From Candidatus Latescibacterota bacterium (GTDB lineage: Bacteria; Latescibacterota; UBA2968; SICM01): a stretch of DNA of 64,000 bases. A program made the position numbers and the translations under genes. The DNA lies in the NCBI GenBank assembly GCA_965217865.1, contig CBDCJO010000002.1, positions 4,320,001-4,384,000 on the forward strand. Direction: 5' to 3'. The notes below the pieces were generated by a model that searched no databases, was not told the origin of the DNA, and was given only the letters and a program-made list of their open reading frames with translations. Shown piece by piece: positions 1-9,765 of the stretch (position 1 is its first letter; the number at the start of each line of letters is the position of its first letter).

Positions 1-611
1 AATTCTTTCCGCCCGTGCAGGGATTTAACGGCGCGTTCGGCTGAGACGATGTCGAAGGCGATTTCAGTGGGATGGACTTCCAGGGCGAACCGTACCTTGC
101 ACTTTTTAAACTCATCCAGAATCGGGTTCCAGCGATCCGCAAAGTCTGCAAACCCGGCGTCGATGGTCCCGGGTGACATCGGGGGAAAGGCATAGAGCAG
201 GGGCCAAATCGACGACCCGGTGAACCCGTTAACCACCTTAACCCCGAGGGCTTGCGCCGCGCGGGCGGTGGCCTTCATCTCCTCAGCCGCCTTCCTTCGG
301 ACTTTCTCCGGCTTTCCATCGCCGTAGATCCTCTTTGGCAGGATGGCCTGATGCCGCTCGTCGATCAGGTCACAGACCGCCTGTCCCACCAGATGATTGC
401 TGATGGACCAGACCTTCAGGCCGTAGTTTGCGAGCAGATCGTGTCTTCCCTGACAATAGGCTTTGCTCCGGATCGCCTTTGGGACGTCGAAGTGATCTCC
501 CCAGCAGGCCAGTTCGAGTCCGTCGTATCCCCAACTCGCGGCCTTCTTGCACAAATCCTCCAGGGGCAGGTCAGCCCACTGGCCGGTGAACAGGGTGACC
601 GGTCGTGCCAT
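1..611 (-). CDS. Sugar phosphate isomerase/epimerase (xylose isomerase-like TIM barrel), 3' end outside window
   Basis: Not in the ORF track. Manual translation from ATG 611 gives [21 protein letters not shown]...[16 protein letters not shown]...[21 protein letters not shown] upstream; lies downstream of a Gfo/Idh/MocA gene. Confidence 0.88.
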   Translation of the reverse strand, partial: MARPVTLFTGQWADLPLEDLCKKAASWGYDGLELACWGDHFDVPKAIRSKAYCQGRHDLLANYGLKVWSISNHLVGQAVCDLIDERHQAILPKRIYGDGKPEKVRRKAAEEMKATARAAQALGVKVVNGFTGSSIWPLLYAFPPMSPGTIDAGFADFADRWNPILDEFKKCKVRFALEVHPTEIAFDIVSAERAVKSLHGRKE

Positions 612-630
612 GAGTTCCTCCCGTCTTAGA

Positions 631-840
631 GCATCCTTCGACTGCGTCCCCCAAAAACCGGGGGACTCCGCTCAGGATGTAGCCGAAATGTGCGATCAAG
701 ATCAGACTTGAGGCGAATACCCGCGAGGACAAGATAACATCCTGAGCCCCCTTCGACTCCACTTCGTTCCGCTCAGGGCCGGGGCTTCGACAAGCTCATG
801 ATAAAATCCGCGGCGTGCAGCGCCATGTAGTCGAAGGATC
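631..840. repeat. REP/MITE-like palindromic element, family A (ATCCTTCGACT...GCTCAGGATG...AGTCGAAGGAT)
   Basis: Terminal inverted repeats ATCCTTCGACT (633-643) / AGTCGAAGGAT (829-839) and internal GCTCAGGATG/CATCCTGAGC. Nearly identical segments recur at 6999-7346. Confidence 0.8.
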
Positions 841-857
841 CTTTCGGAATCCCATAA

Positions 858-2027
858 TCATAGTTCAGATATTTTTACCCATCGGCCCTGCTTGGCGGAC
901 AGGGTAACGGCTTCAAGTACGGCCTGGCATCTTGTCCCATCTTTGAAGTCCGGATGCACCGACTTGCCCTTCGAAATGGCCGTCAATAGATCGTGGACTT
1001 CATGGATGAAGGTGTGCTCCCATCCGATGATGTGGCCTGGAGGCCACCAGGCTGAAATGTAAGGATGACTCCCTTCGTTGACGAGGATCTCCCGAAATCC
1101 CTGGACGTGGGATTCATCATCCCTAGAGTAGTATTGGAGTTCGTTCATCTTTTCAAGGTTGAACGCCAGGCTCCCCTTGCTTCCGTTGATCTCAAATCGA
1201 TTGTGATTTCGCCGGCCGGCCGCGAAACGGGTGGCCTCGAATGAACCGATCGCTCCTTTTGAGAATCGGGCGAGGAAAAGGGTCGTATCGTCCACGGTCA
1301 CCCGGCCCATTTTTCTACGGCCCCGGCTCGATTTCGTACCAAGGGAACCATCGATGGCCTCCGGCAGCGGTCTTTCTTTGATAAATGTCGCGTCCGCCCC
1401 GACCACCTCCGAAATATCGCCGACCAGGTAGTGTGCAAGGTCGATGATATGGGCGTTGAGATCCCCGTGGGGACCGGAACCGGCTCTCTTTCTTTCCATA
1501 CGCCAAACAAGCGGAAAAGTTGGATCTATGATCCAATCCTGCAGGTAGACCGCACGCCAGTGGAAGATCTTTCCGATTTTTCTTTCATCGATCAATTGCC
1601 TTGCCAGGACAACCGCCGGAACCCGCCGGTAATTGAAGGCGACCATATGGTTGACCTTCGCTTTCTGAACCGCATCCAGCATCTCCCGGGCTTCGGCCAA
1701 TGAGTTCGCAAGAGGTTTTTCGCAAAAGACGTGCTTCCCCGCATTCGCCGCCGCCACAGCGATATCCCTGTGGGAATCCCCGGGGGTTGAGATGTCTACC
1801 AGGTCGATGTCGTCCCGTTCGATCAACCGTTGCCAGGATGTCTCGTAGCTTTCCCAACCGAAGGTTTTTGCCGCGGCGGAAACCGCCTCCTCGTTCCGAC
1901 CACAGATGGCCTTCATCACGGGTACGGCGCCGGAGTCGAAGAACCTGGCAACATTCCGGTAGGCATGGCTGTGGACTTTACCCATAAATGAGTAACCCAC
2001 CATGCCCACGTTGATCTCTTTCGACAT
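858..2027 (-). CDS. Gfo/Idh/MocA family oxidoreductase
   Basis: VGMVGYSFMG Rossmann start, HVFCEKPLA, FNYRRVP, GDLNAHIID. AAGGAG RBS before ATG 2027. Confidence 0.93.
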   Translation of the reverse strand: MSKEINVGMVGYSFMGKVHSHAYRNVARFFDSGAVPVMKAICGRNEEAVSAAAKTFGWESYETSWQRLIERDDIDLVDISTPGDSHRDIAVAAANAGKHVFCEKPLANSLAEAREMLDAVQKAKVNHMVAFNYRRVPAVVLARQLIDERKIGKIFHWRAVYLQDWIIDPTFPLVWRMERKRAGSGPHGDLNAHIIDLAHYLVGDISEVVGADATFIKERPLPEAIDGSLGTKSSRGRRKMGRVTVDDTTLFLARFSKGAIGSFEATRFAAGRRNHNRFEINGSKGSLAFNLEKMNELQYYSRDDESHVQGFREILVNEGSHPYISAWWPPGHIIGWEHTFIHEVHDLLTAISKGKSVHPDFKDGTRCQAVLEAVTLSAKQGRWVKISEL

Positions 2028-2040
2028 GCTCACTCCTTTT

Positions 2041-2285
2041 TTTTGGAAAGCGAGGTTCTGTGAGACGACGCATCAGCGGGCCAACGGTCCGCGATCCGGA
2101 TCAATCCCACACATACCTTTCACCGTAGGCCACTCGATATTGTCCCAACAATGAATCAGGATGCGGGCGTTGGGTCATTGCGATGTGAAATTGTCGCGGT
2201 CTTTCAGGCCGCTTCGACGCTATTGTATTTCACAACCCAGGGCGCAGACCCCGGGTTGAGGGACAAGCGCCGTTGGCGCTGAAAG
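2041..2285. repeat. REP-like element, family B (GCGGGCCAACGG...GCGCCGTTGGCGCTGAA)
   Basis: Colinear homologous copy at 20400-20685 sharing GGAAAGCGAG.TTCTGTGAG.CGACGCATCAGCGGGCCAACGG, GATCCGGATCAATCCCAC, TTTCAGGCCGC and GCGCCGTTGGCGCTGAAA. Confidence 0.8.
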
Positions 2286-2592
2286 AACGCCATGACTTTA
2301 GTCTCCGTCACTCGATTAGCTCGAAGGCCAGGGTGTCAATCACGAAGAGAAGGTCCACTATATTACCACGGAGAGCCCCTTTTTCATAGGGACAGGCGAT
2401 CCGTCATCGAGTTTCGGCGACGGAAGCGAAAAATATTGTGCCCATCAGGCTCCCGTAGATATCATTTTGATTTTGAAAAAGTTGGAGCGATCGGGAAGAT
2501 CGCCACACGTATATATCATATGAATCGCTTTGCCAAGTCAAGCAAAAAAAGGACACTGAAATTCAGGAAGATCAAATTTCCCTGGAATTTGC

Positions 2593-2619
2593 TAAAGTTT
2601 GAGCTTTTTCAGTCGATGA
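2593..2619 (+). promoter_or_regulatory. Sigma28 (FliA/SigD)-type promoter
   Basis: TAAAGTTT-N11-GTCGATGA versus consensus TAAAGTTT-N11-GCCGATAA, about 75 bp upstream of the DUF5610-like start. Confidence 0.7.
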
Positions 2620-2692
2620 CTAAAAGAGAACCAACCGCCATCCCAGGCTCTCCGGGTGAAACCCCACCTGACCACCCCGGAGGAAAAACCAG

Positions 2693-3427
2693 ATGCCGAT
2701 TAACAGTTCGATTCAGAACCTTCAGTCTCAGAGTCTCCTCTTAAACGCCCAATATTCCTCTGTTCGGCAGACCCGGTCCGCCGAAATTACAGCGGTCAAT
2801 GGGGAAAGGGGACGATCTTTCCAAGCCCAGGCGACGTATGAAGCTAGCTACGCTGCTCTGGGCGTTCGTGTTTTTGAAGAGGACGGGAGCAGAACCACGG
2901 TTGTGGATTCGGTTCAGATCGACCTATCGATCAATCTGAGCATCGAGAGCGCCAATCAGATCCTGAACGATCGCATCGCAGAAAAGTTAAACGCAGCATT
3001 CGAGGAGGCCGGGGTTGACTTGGACATCCGGGAGATCCAGAACCAGAATCTGGATACCTCCCCGGAAGCAACGGCCAAACGAATCGTGAGCTTCGCCACC
3101 GGTTTCTTCGGCGCTTTTGTCCAGAATCAGGGGGAGGTCCAGGGGGAGGATCAGGACGAAACCGCCCGGCTTGAAGATTTCATGTCCCTCATAGGAGGGG
3201 CCATCGATGAAGGATTCGCCGAGGCCCTTGATATTCTGAAGGGGATCGCGGATATCAGCGGTAAAATTCAGGACAATGTCGACCGTACATACGAACTGGT
3301 TCAGAAAGGTCTCGAGGAATTTAGACAGAGACAGCTTGACCTCTTCTCGAAAAGAACCGCAGAGCCTTCCGCCACGCCGGCCTTGGCCCAACCCGCTCCG
3401 GAGTCATTCGAGGGGATCGTAATCTGA
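2693..3427 (+). CDS. DUF5610-like domain protein
   Basis: DTSPEATAKRIVSFATGFF...GAIDEGFAEALDIL...VDRTYELVQKGL motif; GGAGG RBS. Confidence 0.75.
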   Translation: MPINSSIQNLQSQSLLLNAQYSSVRQTRSAEITAVNGERGRSFQAQATYEASYAALGVRVFEEDGSRTTVVDSVQIDLSINLSIESANQILNDRIAEKLNAAFEEAGVDLDIREIQNQNLDTSPEATAKRIVSFATGFFGAFVQNQGEVQGEDQDETARLEDFMSLIGGAIDEGFAEALDILKGIADISGKIQDNVDRTYELVQKGLEEFRQRQLDLFSKRTAEPSATPALAQPAPESFEGIVI

Positions 3428-3453
3428 CCTACAGACAATCCGATGCGTGAGGG

Positions 3454-3496
3454 GCGACGGGCAGGAATCACCTGGATTCCTGCCCGTCGTGTTTTT
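3454..3496 (+). terminator. Rho-independent terminator
   Basis: Stem GCGACGGGCAGGAATC / GATTCCTGCCCGTCGT followed by GTTTTT. Confidence 0.85.
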
Positions 3497-3516
3497 GTGA
3501 GAACTGTGATTGACGC

Positions 3517-3545
3517 TTGACAATCCCTTATGTTCTCCATATAAT
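3517..3545 (+). promoter_or_regulatory. Sigma70 promoter for the mpl operon
   Basis: Perfect TTGACA-N17-TATAAT. Confidence 0.8.
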
Positions 3546-3710
3546 CAGGTTAACTTAAAAGAAAATAGTGGCGTATGAAATAATGGCCTCTCCCTCTAGG
3601 TCTCACATTTCTCCATCCAGTTTTGTGCCCGATCCTGCATTTTACCGCCCCACCGGCAAGCTCTCCTTCCACAGATTTTTTTCGTCAACGACGGCACTCG
3701 AGGTTATAAG

Positions 3711-5147
3711 GTGATCGAAGGGGTCAGATCGGGTGGGCATGTTTACCTGATCGGTGTGTGCGGCACAGGCATGGCTGCGCTTGCGGGGTTGCTCAAAGCC
3801 CGAGGCTACCGGGTCACGGGGGCAGATGGTGGTGTCTATCCTCCGATGAGCACGTTCCTCGATGAGCAGGGGATCCCCGTTCACGACGGATATGACGCGA
3901 AGCACCTCGATCGAGAACCGGATCTGGTCATTATCGGCAATGCGTTATCGAGGGGGAATCCCGAAGTAGAACGCGTTCTGGATCGAAGGGTTCGATATAC
4001 CTCACTCCCGGAAGCCATGAAGGCTTTTTTCATCCGGGGGAAGACTTCAGTCGTTGTCACGGGCACCCACGGAAAGACGACGGTCTCTTCCTTGATCGCC
4101 TGGGCCCTTGAGTCGACGGGCAAGGATCCCGGATTTTTTATAGGCGGTATCCCGGAGAATTTCGGACAGGGTTACAAGGCCGGGAAAGGTCCGCACTTTG
4201 TTGTCGAAGGGGATGAATACGACACGGCCTTTTTTGATAAGGGACCAAAATTTCTGCATTATCTGCCGGAGATCGTCGTATTAAACGGAGTGGAATTCGA
4301 CCACGCGGACATTTACGGGGACCTGGAAGCGATCAAGGTGGCGTTTCGGCGTCTGGTCAACATCATACCCCGAAACGGATTGCTTGCAGTCTGCTCGGAC
4401 GACGATATTGCTGTGGAGATGGGGCGATCCGCTTTCTGTCCGGTGCAGAGCTTCGGGCTGGGTCCTGGTTCGCGCTGGACGGTGAATGACCTCCGGTTCG
4501 AGAGGGATCGGACGACATTTACCGCGGTCCGCCAAGGGAAAACATTCGGGTTTTTTTCGATCCCCCTTCGGGGAAATCACAATGTGAGGAATGTCCTCGG
4601 GGCGATTGCGGTCTGCGATCACCTCGGTTTGACGGCGTCTGAGATTCGGGATTCACTGTCGGAATTCAAGGGGATCCGGAGGCGCTTGACGGTACGGGGG
4701 ATGGTCGACGACGTGACAATATTCGACGACTTCGCACATCATCCCACAGAGGTTCGAGAGACTCTACACGGCCTCAGGCTCAGCTTTCCCGACCGGCGGA
4801 TCTGGGCCGTGTTCGAACCCAGGTCGGCGACCGCGATCCGGTCCGTTCTCCAGGAGGCTTATCCCCCGGCGTTTGATCCGGCGGACCGGGTGACCCTGGC
4901 CCCGGCCTTTCGGCCTGAAAAGGCCCCTGATGGTGAAGGGATCCAGATCGAACGGTTGGTGTCGGAGATCGCACAGCGGGGAAAACAGGTGGAACAGGCC
5001 CCCTCGATCGACGCCGTAGTCGCCGTTATCGCAGATCAGGCCCAGGCGGGGGATCTGGTTGTCTGTATGAGCAACGGGGGGTTTGGCGGAATTCACGAAA
5101 AGTTGCTCCACGCACTCAAAGGAAACCGTCATGCTTCTCAAGCCTGA
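3711..5147 (+). CDS. mpl: UDP-MurNAc:L-Ala-gamma-D-Glu-mDAP ligase (murein peptide ligase)
   Basis: IGVCGTGMAALA, VYPPMST, GNALSRGNPE, GTHGKTT, EGDEYDTAFFDKGPKF, DDFAHHPT, MSNGGFGGIH. Confidence 0.93.
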   Translation: MIEGVRSGGHVYLIGVCGTGMAALAGLLKARGYRVTGADGGVYPPMSTFLDEQGIPVHDGYDAKHLDREPDLVIIGNALSRGNPEVERVLDRRVRYTSLPEAMKAFFIRGKTSVVVTGTHGKTTVSSLIAWALESTGKDPGFFIGGIPENFGQGYKAGKGPHFVVEGDEYDTAFFDKGPKFLHYLPEIVVLNGVEFDHADIYGDLEAIKVAFRRLVNIIPRNGLLAVCSDDDIAVEMGRSAFCPVQSFGLGPGSRWTVNDLRFERDRTTFTAVRQGKTFGFFSIPLRGNHNVRNVLGAIAVCDHLGLTASEIRDSLSEFKGIRRRLTVRGMVDDVTIFDDFAHHPTEVRETLHGLRLSFPDRRIWAVFEPRSATAIRSVLQEAYPPAFDPADRVTLAPAFRPEKAPDGEGIQIERLVSEIAQRGKQVEQAPSIDAVVAVIADQAQAGDLVVCMSNGGFGGIHEKLLHALKGNRHASQA

Positions 5148-6042
5148 ACGATTGAGACCCGGCGATACGATCGGAATCGCTGCGCCGGCCGGGGTTTTTA
5201 AAGAGGCGGAGCTCTTGGAGGGAATCGCCTTCCTGGAGCAGTCCGGGTTCGGGGTTCGGGTCGGGGACCACGTTAACGACCGGAAGGGATACCTGGCCGG
5301 GGAGGATCCCGATCGGGCGAAGGACCTGCACGAACTCTTCGGCGCAACAGATGTGAAAGCCGTATTTGCGGCTAGGGGTGGGTACGGTTCGACGCGGCTG
5401 CTGGATCTTTTGGATTACGACCTGATTCGAAGAAACCCGAAGATCTTCCTGGGTCTCAGCGACACGACCGCCCTTCAGTTGGCATTTATTGAACACGCAG
5501 GTCTCATCTCTTACTCGGGGATCATCGTGGCGGGGGATCTTGGACCCGAACGGGACCCCTTTACCGAGGCTGCGATGTGGAAGACGCTTCGAGATGGGGC
5601 TGTCGGGCCCTTCGAAGGGCTGAAGGCCCTCCGGGGGGGGAAAGCGGAGGGACGTCTTGTCGGGGGATGCCTGTCCCTGATATGCGCCCTCCAGGGTACG
5701 CCCCACATGCCCGATCTCGATGGGGCGGTTCTTCTTGTGGAAGATATCGGGGAGGCCCTCTATCGCGTCGACAGGATGTTGACTCAACTCCGGCAGACCG
5801 GTCTTCTCAACAGGGTGGCAGGAATCGCTTTCGGTCAGTTCTATGGTTCGGATCCCGACGAGCGGGCAGGCTGGACCGTCGAGGAGGTTCTGGCTGAGCG
5901 GACCGCGGACCTCGGCGTGCCGGTGGTGTGCAGGCTTCCTTACGGACATCAACGCCGCCGTGCGGTCTTGCCGATCGGCGTCCGAGTCCTATTGGATGCG
6001 GACGCGGGAAAGCTATCTTTTGAAGAGGAGGCTGTGGCATAA
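5131..6042 (+). CDS. ldcA: LD-carboxypeptidase (peptidase S66)
   Basis: ARGGYGS, GLSDTTAL, GGCLS, VEDIGE, PYGH motifs; overlaps the end of mpl. Confidence 0.9.
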   Translation: MLLKPERLRPGDTIGIAAPAGVFKEAELLEGIAFLEQSGFGVRVGDHVNDRKGYLAGEDPDRAKDLHELFGATDVKAVFAARGGYGSTRLLDLLDYDLIRRNPKIFLGLSDTTALQLAFIEHAGLISYSGIIVAGDLGPERDPFTEAAMWKTLRDGAVGPFEGLKALRGGKAEGRLVGGCLSLICALQGTPHMPDLDGAVLLVEDIGEALYRVDRMLTQLRQTGLLNRVAGIAFGQFYGSDPDERAGWTVEEVLAERTADLGVPVVCRLPYGHQRRRAVLPIGVRVLLDADAGKLSFEEEAVA

Positions 6043-6046
6043 AGGT

Positions 6047-6880
6047 ATGTTTAAATCGATTCTTCCGCTTCTCTTACCTCTGGGTTTTTTAACCGGTTGT
6101 GCGACCATCAGCCACCTGAACCTGATCTCGACGGAACAGGAACTGGAGATGGGGAGACAGTTTTCAGAGGAGGTGGATCGAGAGATCGATCTTATTGGGG
6201 ACCGAACGGTCGTAACCTACATCGATCACCTCGGCCAGCTCCTTGCCTCGCATTCTCGCAGAGCTGACATCCCTTACACCTTCAAGGTCGTCGACACGGA
6301 CCAGGTGAACGCCTTCGCGCTGCCCGGCGGGTATCTCTATATCAACCGGGGATTGATTACCACGGCGGAAAATGAATCCGAGCTTGCAGGCGTGGTTGCC
6401 CACGAGATCGGACACGTGGTGGGGAGGCACGGTGCCAGGCAGATCAGCAAACAGGTCGGTCTCCAGGTTCTTCTTGCGGCCGTTGCAGGGGAGGCCCCGG
6501 GGTTAAGCCGTCAAGTGGCGTCGGAGGTGGCGGGACTGGGGGCCGGGCTCACGCTTCTCAAATACAGCCGTGAGGCGGAGAATGAGGCGGATGCCTATGC
6601 CGTCCAGGAGACCTATGACGCCGGGATCGATCCCGAAGGGGCGGCCTCTTTCTTCGAAAAACTGCTTGCACTGCACGAGAAGGAACCGGAAGCCAAGGGG
6701 TTCGCCCGATTGTTTTTGACTCATCCACCTACGCAAGAACGGATCGAAAATGTGCGGGCTGCGATTACGGGGTTTCCTCCCCAAAAGGGACTTTCAAAGG
6801 ACTCCAGGCGTTTTCAGAGGGTAAAGGCCTACCTCAAGAAGTGGTATCCTGAGAAGGAAGCCGAGAAAGGTAAAAAGTGA
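6047..6880 (+). CDS. M48 family zinc metalloprotease lipoprotein
   Basis: LTGC lipobox, NAFALPGG, AHEIGH, YSREAENEAD, THP. Confidence 0.9.
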   Translation: MFKSILPLLLPLGFLTGCATISHLNLISTEQELEMGRQFSEEVDREIDLIGDRTVVTYIDHLGQLLASHSRRADIPYTFKVVDTDQVNAFALPGGYLYINRGLITTAENESELAGVVAHEIGHVVGRHGARQISKQVGLQVLLAAVAGEAPGLSRQVASEVAGLGAGLTLLKYSREAENEADAYAVQETYDAGIDPEGAASFFEKLLALHEKEPEAKGFARLFLTHPPTQERIENVRAAITGFPPQKGLSKDSRRFQRVKAYLKKWYPEKEAEKGKK

Positions 6881-6959
6881 GAGCGTGTGGTAGGATAAGC
6901 CGATGGAGAAGGTCGGCCAGCTGCCCAATGAGCGATCCAGGGTAGATCCTGCGGCAACG

Positions 6960-7346
6960 TAAGCCCCCCGGAGTCGAAGGATGGCTTAATACGCTCGTGC
7001 ATCCTTCGACTGCGTCCCCCAAACACCGGGAGACTCCGCTCAGGATGTTTTGAACTCTTCCTGTGAATGGCCGATTTCCACCCTGCCAGTTCTTATGTTT
7101 GGCCGGTTAACCCGATGGAGACGATCGGCCCGCTGCCAACGAGAGATCCGGGGTAGACCTTTCGCGGATACCTCAGAGCACCGGATAACATCATTCGACT
7201 GCTTCCTCCCAAGCAGGGGTACTCCGCTCAAGCTGTAGTCGAAATGAGCGATTATGGTACACCTGTTACGAATACCCGCAAGCACTGGATAACATCCTGA
7301 GCGGAGCGGCGGTTTTTGCCGCGTAGTCGAAGGACGGCTCAGGATA
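6960..7346. repeat. Compound REP/MITE-like element, family A
   Basis: GCATCCTTCGACTGCGTCCCCCAAA..CCGGGG..ACTCCGCTCAGGATGT matches 631-680. The internal CGAATACCCGC...GATAACATCCTGAGC segment is also shared, and a partial unit is duplicated. Confidence 0.8.
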
Positions 7347-7380
7347 TTTCAGTCTGCAATGCCGATCAAGGTTATTTGTC

Positions 7381-9765
7381 ATGCCCGAATCCGCAAAACA
7401 GATATCCAGCACACCGCTCCTGACCCGGGCGGAGATGGCCAGAGGTCTTCGGCTCTGGCTGTATAAGACATCCGCCTGGGGGGTCTACGACCGGGTGGGT
7501 ATGTTGACCGGCCCGATCTTCGTGGGATTCGCGCTATATCTGGGTGCGACAGATGCCCAGATCGGGATGATGGCCTCGGTATTCAGCGGAGTGGGACTCA
7601 TCCAGGTCCTCCTGGTTCTGTTCGTCAGCCGGGTCCGCAAAAAAAAGCGGTTCGTGATTCTGGTCGGCCTTGTCGAGGTCCTCGTGATGCCCTCCATCGT
7701 GTTTATTCCCCTCCTTCTTTCCCGGGGATGGTGGATCCCGGCGGTCTTCGTCTGTCTTGTGGTCGCCTCGGTCTCGGTCAGCACCATGTTGCCGCTCTAT
7801 AACAGCTGGCTCGCGTCTCTCCTTCCCTCGACCTCCCGCGCGCGCTACCTCAGCCGGTTCACGATCGTAAACACTCTTACGGCCATCGTGGGGGGCTATG
7901 CCCTGGGTCGATTCATCGATCTGTTCGAAGAGGCCGAACGATACCAGGGATTCTTCGTTGTTTTCCTGATCGGATTGTTGGCAGGGGTCGTCGGATACGT
8001 TATCCTCACCCGCTGTCCCTATCCGAGGGCCGACGTGACCGATAAAGAGATCAACCCCGGGCGGCACCTCTTCACCGTTCCGCTTCGAAATTCCGTATTC
8101 ATGCGCTTTCTGGTCTGCCGCTTGTCGTGGGTATTCGCGATCAGTATCGCCCAGCCGTTCTATTCCGTGTTCATGATCAAGACTTTGCAAATCAGCTACT
8201 CGACGATCGCCATTTTTACCAATCTGTCCCTGGTCATGCAGGTTGTCGGATACAGGGTCTGGTCCGGCCTCGTGGACAGGTATGGGAGCAAACCGATTCT
8301 CCAGCTTCTAACAGTCCCCTTTGCCTTCATCCCCCTCCTCTGGGTTTTCAACCGGAGCGATTCCTACTATCTCATACCTTTCATCATGTTGGCCGGGGGT
8401 ACCTTGATATCCGGGATCCAGATGGCAGCGGGTTCGATGTTTTACGATCTTATCCCCACGGGGTCGGAACAGCCGGTCTACTTCGCCTTTCGGGCTACGG
8501 TGATGCGGCTGGTGATGGCCGTTGCGCCTCTTTTGGGTGGTTCGCTCGTGGCTTTATTTCAGGACTTTCGGATCGAGATCGCGGGATTTCCGGTAGGGAA
8601 CCTGCAAGTCGTTTTCGTTCTGAGTGGAGTCCTTATCGTCGTGCCGATCCTGCTGCTCCGCGGGGTAACCGAAACGAGGTCCAAGGACCCCGGTGTGCTG
8701 GTCGACGATCTGCGTCAGGGTAATTTTTTGAGATTCGCTTACAGCCAGTTCCGGCTCTCCCGTGCCAAGGAAGAGGGGCAGCGGGGAAGGGCCATGCGAT
8801 CTATGGGACGGTCCAGGAGCCCGATGGCCCTCGAGCAGTTGACCGGGGCTCTGGATGATGTGAGCCCCTTCGTCCGATCGCAGGCGGCCGCGGCCTTGGG
8901 AGAAGTTGGCGACCCGCGAGCCCTCGACTCCCTGCTGGAAGAGCTCTCGGACCGGGATTCAGACATCCGGCCGCAAGTTGTAGAGGCGCTCGGCAAACTG
9001 GGGCACCCCCGGGGTCTGGATCCGTTGATCGAATCCCTGCACGACGCGGATCCCCGTGTTCGGATCAGCGCGATACGTGCCCTGTCCGCGATGGGAGGCG
9101 ATGAGGCCCGGGAACTTTTGTTCTGGTCTTTTTGTGATCCGTTCGACCGTTCGACTTTTCCCACCCTTGTTGAGGTCTTGAGTGACCCCGGGGATACGCG
9201 AATCGTCAAACCGACTCTGGACAAGATTTCTGAGTACCGTTCCCCCGTAATCCGGCTACAACTTCTGAACGGGGCTTGCCGCGCCATGGGGGCGGGTAAC
9301 TTGTTCTATCGCATGCTCTCCCTTGACGATTACGAGCGAGCGGACAGGATCGGGGGGCTCGTTGAACGAGCCAGGACTTCTCTGGCATCCTCCCGGTTTT
9401 TGAGCTCGAAGGCCAGGGGCGAAGTTACCCAGAAGATTCGAGATGCCATTCTCGCCTACGAGGGTGAGGATCAACCGGGGATGGGAAAGGCCCTGAGGGC
9501 CGGGATAGACCTCCTCAGCGCAGATCTCGCGGCGTCGGACGGCCGGCGCAGGTTGAATCCGGAAGCCCTTGAACGGACCCAGGTGGGAACCATCGCGATT
9601 CGGACTTTCTTGGATCGTGATCTGGGTTCGGGCCTTGTTGCGGCTTCTGAGATCTTTCCTGTGGTCTGTCTTTACAGAATCGCCCAGATCCTAAAAAGGG
9701 GACGGATCCAGGAGTGGCATCCTTTATTCAGATGGATTTTTAAATACGCGAAGCATGACGCGTGA
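7381..9765 (+). CDS. MFS transporter fused to C-terminal HEAT/PBS-lyase repeats
   Basis: About 12 hydrophobic TM segments with GLVDRYGSK, then repeats such as DVSPFVRSQAAAALGEVGD, DSDIRPQVVEALGKLG, DPRVRISAIRAL. Confidence 0.85.
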   Translation: MPESAKQISSTPLLTRAEMARGLRLWLYKTSAWGVYDRVGMLTGPIFVGFALYLGATDAQIGMMASVFSGVGLIQVLLVLFVSRVRKKKRFVILVGLVEVLVMPSIVFIPLLLSRGWWIPAVFVCLVVASVSVSTMLPLYNSWLASLLPSTSRARYLSRFTIVNTLTAIVGGYALGRFIDLFEEAERYQGFFVVFLIGLLAGVVGYVILTRCPYPRADVTDKEINPGRHLFTVPLRNSVFMRFLVCRLSWVFAISIAQPFYSVFMIKTLQISYSTIAIFTNLSLVMQVVGYRVWSGLVDRYGSKPILQLLTVPFAFIPLLWVFNRSDSYYLIPFIMLAGGTLISGIQMAAGSMFYDLIPTGSEQPVYFAFRATVMRLVMAVAPLLGGSLVALFQDFRIEIAGFPVGNLQVVFVLSGVLIVVPILLLRGVTETRSKDPGVLVDDLRQGNFLRFAYSQFRLSRAKEEGQRGRAMRSMGRSRSPMALEQLTGALDDVSPFVRSQAAAALGEVGDPRALDSLLEELSDRDSDIRPQVVEALGKLGHPRGLDPLIESLHDADPRVRISAIRALSAMGGDEARELLFWSFCDPFDRSTFPTLVEVLSDPGDTRIVKPTLDKISEYRSPVIRLQLLNGACRAMGAGNLFYRMLSLDDYERADRIGGLVERARTSLASSRFLSSKARGEVTQKIRDAILAYEGEDQPGMGKALRAGIDLLSADLAASDGRRRLNPEALERTQVGTIAIRTFLDRDLGSGLVAASEIFPVVCLYRIAQILKRGRIQEWHPLFRWIFKYAKHDA

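Noticed and set aside
631-840. Possible CRISPR array in the repeated CTTCGAC/GCTCAG motifs
   Set aside because: The repeats are inverted and nested with irregular spacing, there are no unique equal-length spacers, and no cas genes are present.
2518-2545. LacI-type operator TGAATCGCTTTGC within a possible minus-strand promoter
   Set aside because: Single imperfect palindrome, poor -10 spacing, and no regulator in the window.
2292-2744. 150-aa ORF
   Set aside because: It spans divergent promoter DNA, is Arg/Lys-rich with no recognisable motif, and overlaps the DUF5610-like start.
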